Source: Trichinella spiralis (taxonomy: Eukaryota). From it: a DNA stretch of 64,000 nt. Below are positions 1-11,900 of this stretch, piece after piece. Each line of letters starts with the position of its first letter. The first letter of the stretch is position 1. Made by a program: the position numbers and the translations under genes. The notes under the pieces are model-generated. The model was given only the letters and a program-made list of their open reading frames with translations, made no database searches and had not been told where the DNA came from. The stretch spans positions 2,954,945 through 3,018,944 of the forward strand of contig NW_003526948.1 in the NCBI RefSeq assembly GCF_000181795.1, read 5' to 3'.

Positions 1-2870
1 AGATAGTCTATAGTACGAACTTTAGATACCATTTATTCCACACCTACTTGGTAGTTTAGATTGAAAGGTTATAAAACACTCTATTTTGATCAATATTAAG
101 CTACAACAATAAAAAAAAATTGCAAAACACGAGAACAAATTGCTCGCCGATTTTGGCAAGAGCAGCCAAGTATACAGCTCATGAAATTTTTACAATTTTC
201 GAGATAAATTTTTTTCTCCAGAAATTAATGCAAGTGATTTATATCGGTAGAGAATGATTCGCTAAATATTGTGAAATTATCCGGACGCCACTTGATTGCG
301 TATTTTGTTGAGATATGTCGAAAAAGGTGAAACCAAAGTATAATTTTAACAGAGTCGAAATAAAAAGGAATGGAAAATAAAAGTTAAATAAATGTACATA
401 TGGAAGGCATCTTTATTTTTACAGCGAAACTATCAGATTTTTCATCCGTAAAAGGAAACTACTTTAATAAGAATTGTTTCTGATTTCATTATGAAACAGG
501 AACTTTCAAAATTAAAAACCTTTTTTCACTGAATTTTTAGGTTGATTGCAATTCAGAGATAAGAATTGTCTAAATTATCACATTGGAACGCTATTTTTGT
601 TCCACATTCCAGTCTTTTAATTCTATAAATTTCAAATGCTAAAACCGGTAAATTTATCGAATTTCTCAAAAATTATCCATTTCAGGTTATTAAAAATTTA
701 CATACCTTTAATTTGCACAGAATTGGTTGCTGTAATCACAAAATTATTTTAGAAAACGCTGCAGTTCATGACAAGCATGGAATAAGTTCGTCCGTACTTA
801 CTAGTTCATACCTCTAAAGATTCGAACAATTACCATGCACGAGCCCTATAATTTGACATCAGTTGTGAATTTATTTATTTTCCTAGCATATGCTATGAAG
901 TTTCACCCTGGGCGACTACATATTATACTAATTATGCAAATGGCCATTGATTGTATCGTTATTACTAAGCAAAAGTAAATTCAAATAGCCACACGAGTGG
1001 TATCAATCATGAGCTTAATCAATGAAAAAGATGGTAACCGTAAATGGATTCCATGAAATGTTTGCTTTTTAGCAAAGTAAACACTTACAACGCTTACGTT
1101 TTGTTTCGCAGCAATTAGTGATTATTTAGCAACAATTATATCAGAAATTCAATTCAATTGATTGTAAAAAACGATAGATTAGTAAAAATCTAATAGATTC
1201 GTTATCAAAAATGTTTCATGTGCAGAAATTAGCAGTCACAGCAGCCGTTGAAAGACAGTTAATGTTGGACAAATTCTTTATGCATTAATATAGGCAGTAG
1301 ACAAATTTAGACCCCATTTATTCGAATACTATTCGGTAGTTTCTAATGGAACTTTGCATAACATTTTCCGTATACATTGTGAATGTCCAGAAATCAATAG
1401 AACTCCAAATTTCGAAAAAATACTTTCGTTGATTTTCACAAAAGCAACCAGTCCCATAGCCCATTAAATTTGTAATTTCCATGAACGAGAAGAAACCCCA
1501 AAATGGCCTTTATTGGCAACATTCGATTGGAAATGATTAGAGAATTGCAGGAAACCTATATCCGGCGTCCGTAGTTGCATAATTCTCGAGAAATCCCAAA
1601 ATAAGTTGCTCGCTTAACTATGCATTGAGATAAGCAATTTGCCACATTTAGATGCCCATTATCCGCAAGTACTGGACAGATTTCGCCCCAACTTTTCATA
1701 TCATTATGATTTATCCATGCGAATTCCTAAAACGTAGAAAAAAAGAGAATTTGAAAAAAAAGCTTTCCCCATTTTTCAAAAAAAAAAACAAGTCTATAGC
1801 CCCTGCAATTTTGCAATTTTCAAGAAAAACCATGTAATCCGAAAATGAATTTATTGGGTATCATTCGATCGGAATAAACGAGAGGAGTACAGTATACGTG
1901 TTCCTGCATTACTCTGTTGCCTATTTCTTGAAATACTGCGAAATAAAGTTGGAAGCTGACCGATGTATTGAGACAGGCAGTATGCCAACTTCAGAGGCCA
2001 TTTATTCCACAACTACTGTGCAATGTCCTTTGGAACTTTGCATAACGCTATTAATAATCAATGCGAATAATTATCAATCAAAAAAAGTCAGCCCATGAAA
2101 TTTCGCAATTTTTGAGAAAACCCCTTTTCTCGAAAATCAGCTCAAATCGACTTTAACCGATTAGAAACGATTTTAGAAGTACGAATAGCTTTTCCGCTCA
2201 ATTTCGAATTTCTTATTTCTCGAGATATTACGCCAAATGTAAGGAATTTTCCTCTATATTAAGATGCTTTTCCTATGTAAGATGATAGGGTGCCATTGCA
2301 TAAAATGTTTGCTATTAAAAATGCATGGCGATGCAATGCAAAGATTTTGATAGGTCCTTTAACAGCTATAATTTGAGAAATTTTATTCACTTTACTGTTA
2401 TAAAACGATAAATTCGAAGAAGCCTTGTAAATTCAAACTTTTTATTAAGTTTTCAAGCTACTGTCTTCACAAATGACGAAGTGATGTAAGAATGATTATT
2501 AATTAAAAATATGAATATGTTAAATAATTGAAAATATTGCAAATTCTGCATGAAGCCTTTACTGAATGAGAAACATGTACCATTTAATAAAAATCACGCA
2601 TCTTCGTTCAGTTTGATGAATGTTTCAGATTCGCAACATTCTTATGTATTAACTTCAGCAGTGTTCCAACTTTAAGGGTATTTTTTGCAAGCGCACTTGT
2701 GTGTTTTCGCTAAAACTCTCTACTGCAGTGCAATTTGTCGATATGTATCTAAAATGTGAAATAAATGTTTTGATCCACCAAAATCAACAAAAGCCATAGC
2801 CCCTGAAATTTAGAATATTTTGGAAAAAACCTTTTTCCAAAAATAATTGAAATTGATCAATGAGGATTAT
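1..2870. repeat. Degenerate ~340-bp tandem repeat array, probably continuing left of the window
   Basis: Anchor TTTAGA..CCATTTATTCC recurs at 21, 1306, 1647 and 1990 (spacings 341 and 343 for the last three). Anchor ATAGCCC(C/A)TGAAATTT recurs at ~176, 1456, 1796, ~2090 and 2796. Sequence between anchors aligns by eye, e.g. 1510-1670 vs 1851-2018. Units at 330-1260 and 2270-2640 are barely recognisable. Confidence 0.75.
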
Positions 2871-5382
2871 AATACTGCTACAACCTTGTTCTCATGGTTC
2901 TTAATAGGGTTATTGTCAAGGTTTTGTCAACAGAATCGACACTAAAATGGTAATTTTATCCTAATAGTTCATCATTCGGTAAAATATAAAACTTATAAAA
3001 ATACATATTGAATAGCACTTTGCTAATTTTTCCATATATAGATTCTATCTTCAAAAATATTTTCGCATTCTAATAGCAATTATTGCAGACTTTGTTCACA
3101 ATCTGCAGAATGTGTTCCCTTTCAAAATTTCATTCTGCACGTTTTATAATTATGTCAACGATTGAAAATGATGTACATCAAGAAATAATAAATTTTAATT
3201 ATATTTTTTTATAATTATACGGTTTCTCGAACATTCTCTTATGTTAGTAAATTGTGAATTCAAGATCTTTTTCACCGCCATATTTGGAACCAATTACAAA
3301 TTACCTAAAAATCATGCAGCTTACTCGAACAGTAGTATAATAAGATAATCACATTGTGACCAACCTGTTTTTTGCTGTTCTGAAATATGATGAATGATAA
3401 AGCCATACTGGAAATGAAATACACAAAATCACAAATCCATTTTATAGATGTTCGTCTGATCTTCCAGTAAAAATTCCATTCTTCAGTCGATGTACATACA
3501 CCTCTGAAATAAAATTATTTAAAATAAATCTCAAAAGAAGATGCAGGGCTGTGTGAACTAAATATTTAATACACTCCTTTGCAATAATTATTGCGTAAAA
3601 CTTCTATTTACAATTTGCATAAGTATAGCGCAATTTGGGCAAAATGCTTACGGAAAAACAGAGCATGTAAGTTAGTATTTAATACTCAATTCGACGTTAT
3701 AAAACATTATTATTCCTCAACAATTATATTGTCGTCGCCAACAAAATATATTAATATTACAATCAGTTTCTTGAACTAGCCCATTTGAAAGAACTGAGAA
3801 ATGTCCAGAAAAAAAAATTGGGTTGGCAAATATTTGAAAAGATTGCAAAAATGTGGGCATAGTATATCAATACTTGATTCTTATCCAAAACGTGCTACGT
3901 TTTATTAACGTTATTGTTAACAACAATGACTCTCATTTATTTGGAATTCTCCAACAATTAAGAAGCTTCTTACCCAAGAAAACATTTTATCCCAATGTCT
4001 AACATTATTCTTAATTTTTAGAGGATAATATATTATTAGAGCTTGCCCCCAACAGATACTGAAGTAATTTTAGTTGTGTAATGTCTCTTATCAGATAGTC
4101 AAGATGGCGTAGAATCAACAAACGTTTCGAACAATGACAATATGCTTTGAATCACTTAATACAACAAATGTACATTGGAATTTGTGCTTGACTGTGTGGT
4201 TGAACGCTTCAAAGATCAATGCATATTGAGTTTCTTTGACTGAAGCACTGCATTTGGTTAACGGCACTGCTAGAAATCAAACAGTGAGTTCAATAAGATA
4301 AAAAGCTTTTGCTTTCTTTTCATGAATCCGCGTTCAATCAGGAAGCCGTTTCTCTACTCAACGATACCAAGAATGTGTGGAAAACATAGCATTAACCATT
4401 TAACGATAATAGTAATAATAATAATATAAATAATAATAAGATAAATGTGTTGATCAAAAATACAAATTTTAAAGTACATGTGCTTCTGCATGCGTTCCAC
4501 AGTACAGAAACTCAAATAATGCAGTTTTCTTGCATAGATTTATAAAACGAATTGAATATTAGATGAAAGAAAAAAGATAAAAGTAAACGGCTTCATATAT
4601 TGTATATTTACATCCGAGATTTTTCCATTACATTTTCCAGTTTCAAAATAATGTTAAGATAATTACTAATGAAATGCCAATTTTCAATATTTTTTTGAAC
4701 GACCTATTTCAACAAAAAAAGTATACCTCTTTTCTGCACCGCTTCAAACTGTATTCATAAATTACTCTTTTGTCGCATTAAAGAATTTCGCAACGAACAA
4801 AATATAATGTGAGCATTAATTTCCGCTGCAGTGAGTGAAATGAGTAATAAAATCAAATATTAATCTGTACAAAATAAATAATTTTACCTTTGTTGTTGGT
4901 TGTACTGATGTTCAATAAAACAGGGTCTAATCGTGCTTATTGTGCGGTTCCTGTTGAACAGAAACTACCGAGCCGTAGGAAATCATTAAGCATGCATCCG
5001 GCAGAATCAGAGAAATGATGCAGTGAAACAGTTCAGAGCATTACATTAATTTTTTTATATTTTCTATATTTGTCAACATTCTGTCCATAATCCTGAATAT
5101 GCACAGTAACAAATTAAGTTTCATCTCTGCAGCAGACTGTAGTAATTTAGACAGTAAGCAGTAAACTTGCTTTTCTATTTTGAAAATTTTAATATAAATA
5201 TTTATAAAGCGATAATAACATGCATTGTTTAATCTACTAATTACTATTTTAGAATAACTACGCAATAACACTATTCGTTGTACCTGTGTGTGTGTGTGTG
5301 TTTGACTTTACAGTAATCTTATCAGTAATTAAATATCGAAACTGTAATATATAGTAATAAATCTGGCAGCTTTTAAGTAAAA

Positions 5383-6200
5383 ATGGGAAAATTCGAATCG
5401 AGAATTCAGCAGCTGGAGTCTGAAGAAACAGAATGTGGACTGTCCAGCTTCCAGTATAAGCTTCTGTTAATACTTTACTTGGCTAAGGGCGACATTACTT
5501 CTGCTCGATTACTCTGGAAGCGGTCACCTAAAGAGCTAAAAGAGACTGATGTCCAATTTATAAGCATATGGAATGTATGCAGAAGTGCAGTTAGAGAAGA
5601 TTTCGAGGCTGTTTTTAATAGCCTATCAGTTGATCATCTCTGTGTACCTCCCATAAAGTTGTTTGAAATTTTTTATTTTTTTGGAATTTTAAGCTAATTG
5701 AATGCATATTTAAATATTTTTTTAACGTGTTTTGCTTAATGGTTAATGGTTTTGCAAAAGCTGAAATACTTGAAACTAAATAATTTTTGAATTTTCTACA
5801 ATAATAACAAGTTGTATTTCTAATCGCATGTAGTAATTAGCTCTTCATAACGTGAAAATACATCTTTATAAAGTTATTCTTTTATTTAACCAGAGAATAT
5901 ATTGAAGAGCTGAGAGAAGCTATACAACTGCGGCAGCAGGAGGCGTTCCGTACTCTATTTACGAAAATTAGCATACAATATTATGCGAAATCATTTGGTA
6001 TTGATGAACAACGTGCGATACAACTAGCTGAATGTAATGGTTGGAAACGAAGTGAAGATCCGAACGTCTTGGTTCGTTGCAAGTTCGGCTCACTCCCCAA
6101 ACGAGATTTGTTCCAAGAGAGCATAATATGGACACTCATGAATCATTTAGAAGCTAAAAGCAAAACTTATCCTACCATATCTGACGAAAATAAAGAATAG
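5383..6200 (+). CDS. COPS8: COP9 signalosome subunit 8 (PCI domain), 2 exons, ~193 aa
   Basis: Exons 5383-5657 and 5894-6200 join in frame. YKLLLILYLAKGDITSARLLWKRSPKELKE...IWNVCRSAVREDF matches the CSN8 pattern Y..LLALYL..ND...AR.LWKRIP...IW.V. Exon 2 gives EELREAIQLRQQEAFRTLFTKISI...GIDEQRAIQLAECNGW. Confidence 0.85.
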
Positions 6201-7069
6201 AAATCAGTATAATTTTGTAAAACACGTTTTTGAAATAAAGTGTTAACCGATAATTTTGTGTATTGGGAAACTATAATAAATTGCGTTTATTGATTGTGAT
6301 TCCATTCGGCATAATACGTATGTATAACAGCGATTAAATTACTTACTTAGTGTACTACAAAATGTTGAACAATGCAATCTGTATTACTGTAAAGCAATCT
6401 TCTCCAATAATTGTAAATCAAAATCGAAGTATTGAAAAACCAAGCAATGCCATAGAAATAACATTTCTTAAATTATAACATAAACTATGCTTCAAGTAAA
6501 AATGATAATGCATGAAATGTTAAAATTATACTTGCATTACGTTTACTGTAATGTTATTGTAGAATTAATAATGATCAAAAACCAGAATAGCGCGTGAGTT
6601 AAGTTCATGTATATTATATAAACGTAATTCACAGTAATGTATTGTCATGTTTTTCCATGAAGATTTAACGATTTTTCAAAATTTTTCCAGAATAATATTA
6701 CCTATGCTATAGAAGCAGACTTTTCTTGAACTTTCTTGAATATGTAAAATGATACTGTTTTCTATATTGTTTTATTCTTGCACAAATTGATCGCGTAATT
6801 CTGGTCACTTGAAATCAATTGAAATTTTCGTCAATTACGGTAAAGAATGTTTCGAGATGACGAGAAGAAATGAACGTTTCATCGATATCGTTTCTGGTGA
6901 AGCGTGTTATTTTTGAAAGTGCTTTTTTGAATAGATTGGTGCATGTTTGTTGCTTGTTTTTCATGTATGTTATGTTAACAGTTTTGAATATTCGCGATTG
7001 ATATTATTATTTTGTAAAATGAGAATGTTTCTTTTGATTCAATATGTTTTTGTTCATTTTTTAGCACTT

Positions 7070-8649
7070 ATGCCTAAAATGCGCAATCCTTCGAGTGAGC
7101 GATCGTCAGGTCGAATGTGTGCAGAAAATGCAGACATCGTCGCTCCTCAAACTCGCAGTAGACCTGGAAAACGAAAAGTTGACGCTACATCTCACTCCAC
7201 CAGAACTAGAAAAGGGTCTGCTTTACAACTTATCTTATGTTACAACTGAGTTTTTATATAAATTTCTTTATTAATTTTTCACACTTACTTCTCATAACCA
7301 GGATGTAAATTTTTTCAAAGCATTTTTCCCATTCGTGATGATTAAACTTGCTTTAGTCATTCTAGTACTAGCAAAGTGTCGACTGCAACTGAACTGCCGT
7401 TTACTAAAGATGGATATCGTTATTACTTGACGGAGCCTGATCCATTTGCCCCGGATAAGTATGTCTGAAGTGTGCTGTTCGTTTTACTAAACCTTTATGA
7501 ATTTTAGAGAACTGTTGTCTGATCCACAAGAGTTCGCAGGCAAGCCAATTCCAAGTCATCTGAACCGAATCATACGGCAAACAGTAGTAAAGTTATCGTC
7601 GAATGACAGAGGTTGTTTTGTCAATCGTTTTCTCTTTTCAAAATTCGCATGTTTCTATTTTAATACAGCTCCTCAGATTAAGTTGTCAGCTGATGGAATG
7701 GTCGCTACTGGTGAACGCGGCTATTCTGTTATTCGAGGTACGCATGGTGTTTCTCGAGGAACTTGGTTTTACGAAGTTCGTGTTGTAAATCAGCCAAAGG
7801 ATTCACACGCACGTATTGGTTGGTCGCAGCCTTTCGGTAGATGAATAAATTTTATTTCTTTGTTTGTAACTTGTTCTTTTTTTTGTTTTGTTTCCAGGGT
7901 TGCTTCAAGCACCTGTTGGCTATGACAAATTTTCTTACTGTGTGCGAAGCCGGCACGGTACTCGCTTTCACGACAGCAGAGGTTATCATTATCAAGAACC
8001 ATATGGTCAAGGAGATACACTGGGTTTGCTTATTCATCTTCCTGAAACCCATCCTTGTGCTCATTATTTGCCATCGACCGGAAAACATCTTGTATGAATG
8101 AATAATGTTCTGCTGGAATTTCTTTGCAACTATTTATGTAAAATTTAAATACATTATTCTTCTTTATTCCTTTTTTTCTATTAGCCATTGGTGCGATTTA
8201 AAAGTAGCCATTATTTTGAAGAGAGAGATGATCTGAAAGGAGCTCAGGCGGCTTTAACACCTTTAGTTGGCAGCAAAGTAATATACAACTGAGTTGATGT
8301 CTTTTTGATCTATAAATTTTTAAATCAGGTTATTTTCAGCTGATTTTTTACAAGAATGGAATTTGTCAAGGTGAAGCATTTACGGATATCTACGAGGGAA
8401 CGTATTATCCAGCGATTTCTTTATACAAAGATTTTACAGTAGAAGCGAATTTTGGTCCGAATTTCGCTTTTCCACCTACAGGAGTCGAGTACAGACCAGT
8501 AAGGGAAACAGTTTGGTTTTAAATTTTTATAAAATATTACAATATATATATATATATATACATATTTTTTTTAACTGTAGATGTGCGAAAGAGCGGAGAT
8601 GTTGATCGTGGAGCAGTGCCTCGCTGATATGCTTTACTTTATCAAATGA
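7070..8649 (+). CDS. ash-2: Set1/COMPASS subunit ASH2 (SPRY domain + DPY30-binding helix), ~344 aa
   Basis: Exons 7070-7215, 7357-7458, 7508-7611, 7669-7836, 7898-8091, 8185-8277, 8340-8498 and 8581-8649 are phase-consistent. Motifs: [82 protein letters not shown]-terminal [12 protein letters not shown] short upstream exon (6857-6896) is possible. Confidence 0.93.
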
Positions 8650-8983
8650 GAAAGAAAACACCTTAATATTTAAAGTTTGCATTATTCCATTATAACACTG
8701 TATGACTGACTATTGGTCGTCTTCTTTACGCTTTTGCTGAAAATGGCGCAAGAAAAACGACTGCAGTCTATCATTATTCGCTTTTTATAGATTAGGCATT
8801 TTTAATGGAGGCGAAAGTGATTTAACATGTGTTTGTTTCGCATAAGTCAATTATTAAAACTTATGAAAAGGTTATAATTTGTGGTTTTATACATTAAATT
8901 GTCGCTTTAAGCATACTGCATTATAATAATGGCAAACTTTACTTTTAACAACGGCGAGTTCGATTAATTGCTGTTGTAAATGA

Positions 8984-11900
8984 TCATGCATTTTCATTTC
9001 GATTTTCCAACTTCGAACAAGAATTCAAAACGTTCACATTCGATGGATAACACTTTTCATACATTTTAAATCTAAATTCAAAAACAAAAATTGTTTACAG
9101 TATATTTATTGAAAATTAGGTTATGTATTGCTTTTAATTTTCAAATTCTTACGTAGTTCCATCTTCAGAGCAGATGGTCAGCTTGGATTCTTCGTCATCG
9201 CTGTCTCTGTCCGGCGACAAGTACAACAAAACAAGTTCCAAAGTGCCTTTCTTTAATCAAATAATTAAACAGTTATCGACAAATATAAAAAATGAAAGAA
9301 AAAGCTATGTTTTCATAATGTGAAAATAAAAAGTTTAATATATAATACACTTGTTGCTTTTGCTCTAATTTTCAGTGATAAATAGATTTTGGATTTTTTA
9401 TTTTTTGGTAACACAATAAGAAAACAATTACCTGTTCGGATAAAATTTTAACAGCTTCAGCATGTTTAGCTTTGATTAGATCAATTCCGTTGACAGAAAG
9501 AATAGCGTCGCCAACTTTAAGCAGTCCAACTCGATCGGCAACTTGATTTTCATGAATATCGGATATTAAAATTGGAACTCCATGCTCACGGCCTCCCTGT
9601 ATTTGAAACTCGCATTTCATTACTGTTAGTTAACCTTTTTTCAACCCAATGTATTTTACGTTTATCGACATACCGTTATTGACAGTCCCAAGCCTTCATC
9701 TGCGTTACGCTTCAAAAGCACGGTGCGTAATTTTCCAGAACGATTTGATGTTCTATCAGTTTCATTTTTATTCACCTGAAATAATAAATAATAATAATAA
9801 TTTCAATGGTAAATTTGATACTGTTCAACAATGTTCAACTGATTCCAAAACGCACAATCAGAAAATAATAAATAATATTAAAGATTTGAAGAAAACTATT
9901 AGTTTTGAAAATCCAATGAATCTGACTGGTAATTTTTTTGACATACCTTGCTTGCAGCATGACTGAGTGCATTAAAATTTTGACGTCCTTGGCAAGCTCG
10001 AATGACAGTTTTATGACGATGTAAATGAATTTCTGCTTCAATTTGTTCCCAAAGACGATCATGTTCCGAACCGAGAAGTTCATGACTCATCAATTGAATT
10101 TGTTGTATTCTTAAAATAATAATAAATAATAATATTATTATCATTGATTTCATTATAATCCCAGTAAAATACAGTTCAGTACATAAAGTACAATATTATA
10201 TTGTATTTATTATTCGATTTATTGATGTCGTTGTTGCTGCTATTGATGCTTACCTGCCAGCTAATTCTTTGTCTAAATATTTAGCAGCCAATCTGGCACC
10301 ATAAACCTCATTTTGCAATGCTGAAATATATTTGCGCAAATTTTCATTTTCATTTTTCAAACTCATCACAGTCGCTGCCAACCGAGCTGGAGTAGAAATT
10401 TCACGTCTCAGAGAATCGATTTCTTCATCCTGAAACTGTTCTACATCAAGCTCTGTCACTGTTATTTTGTTGTTTAATAAATCCAAAACACTATACACAA
10501 CCGATTATGAATGCAATGGATGAAAAGCTTACATATGTGATTTTTTTAATTTGATTAATAATTTTTTGATGTTATTTTGTAAAAAAAAATGATTTTTAAA
10601 AAGAAAAATGAATTATAAATATGCTCACTAATTTTTTCTTGATTATATCAGTTTCTTGGGTGCCATTTTTGGATAGCTGTTGGCATTGGAGGACGTGGAA
10701 TTGCATTGTCATCCAGCGTAATTCATTTTCCATTGTTCTCTTCGATGCTTCCGCTTCGATCAAATCTTGCTTGACTGTATTCAACTCCACCTAAAATAAA
10801 ATGGAATAAATAAAAGAACAATAAATAATACGGTTTGAATTGCACAACAATGCTCTGATTTTTTTATTAAATAATTTTTTTCATTTCAACCAACACAAAC
10901 ACACACACACACAATTAATGAAATGAACCAAGAATAATTAATCAAGTGCTGATTGACATTCTGAAAATTATTTCAAAAAAATTTTTTTTGGAAAAATATA
11001 TCTAAAAAATATCTAAAAATTGAAAAAAATATAATAATAAATTGATAAATTTTTCAATTTAATCTGCTACTTGTATGAATGAAAGATATCCACAAAATTC
11101 AACTACAAATCCGAGCCCAAGTGATGACAATGCTGCCTGTGTTGCTGAAACTGAATGAACATTTTGTTCATCGTCAAATCAAATTATGCAAATTGGAAGT
11201 CGCCTTATCAACTAGAAAGCAATTAAGCTGGTTGTGGAACGAACGCTGCCAAACACTTGCTTGCCGTGTCGTGAAAAGATCAAATGAAAGCAACTGAAAA
11301 CTGATTAAATCCAATTAATTAACTGACCCTTCTTTTCTCTTACTTGATAAAATATTATTTATCATTATTTGTTTAAATCACAAAAAAGACAATTCTAGAA
11401 AATAGTAGACAAGGTTGTTGATATTTGAATGAAAAATATGAAAGAAAAAATTTCAAAGTTCAAAAAACATATTTTCGATAAACAAATAATCAATTTTCAT
11501 TACAATTCCTTTATGAAATTAAAGTAAACAATTTTCTGTAAACATTCAGAAATCACTTTATTGGCATAAGATTAGAATAACTCTGGTAACGACAATGGCC
11601 GCCAACGAATTGCCATAAATTGCTGAATCACTATTGCCGTCTATTACAAGGCTCCCAATAGATGAGACTAATGTGATCTGCAATTTCTATGCCTTCTGAG
11701 ATAAATCGGCACTGCGTTAAATACTGACGAAAAATAAGCCATGAAGCAGTTAATATTGCCCGACTAATCAATGTCTGGTGCAATTGATGAACCTCCAATG
11801 ATTTCGACATATGCTAAAAACCGTCTGAGGCTTAAACTCATATTCGAACAATTATCTCTGAAAGGAAAAGAAAAATAGAAACCATTCAACATGGGATCAT

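Noticed and set aside
1..2870. CRISPR-like interpretation of the recurring motifs
   Set aside because: Eukaryotic context, whole units are homologous with no unique spacers, the period is ~340 bp, and there are no cas genes.
3300..5270. Patchy coding-like text and splice-like signals upstream of CSN8
   Set aside because: All frames are interrupted by stops and I recognise no homology; cannot support a gene, pseudogene or lncRNA from sequence alone.
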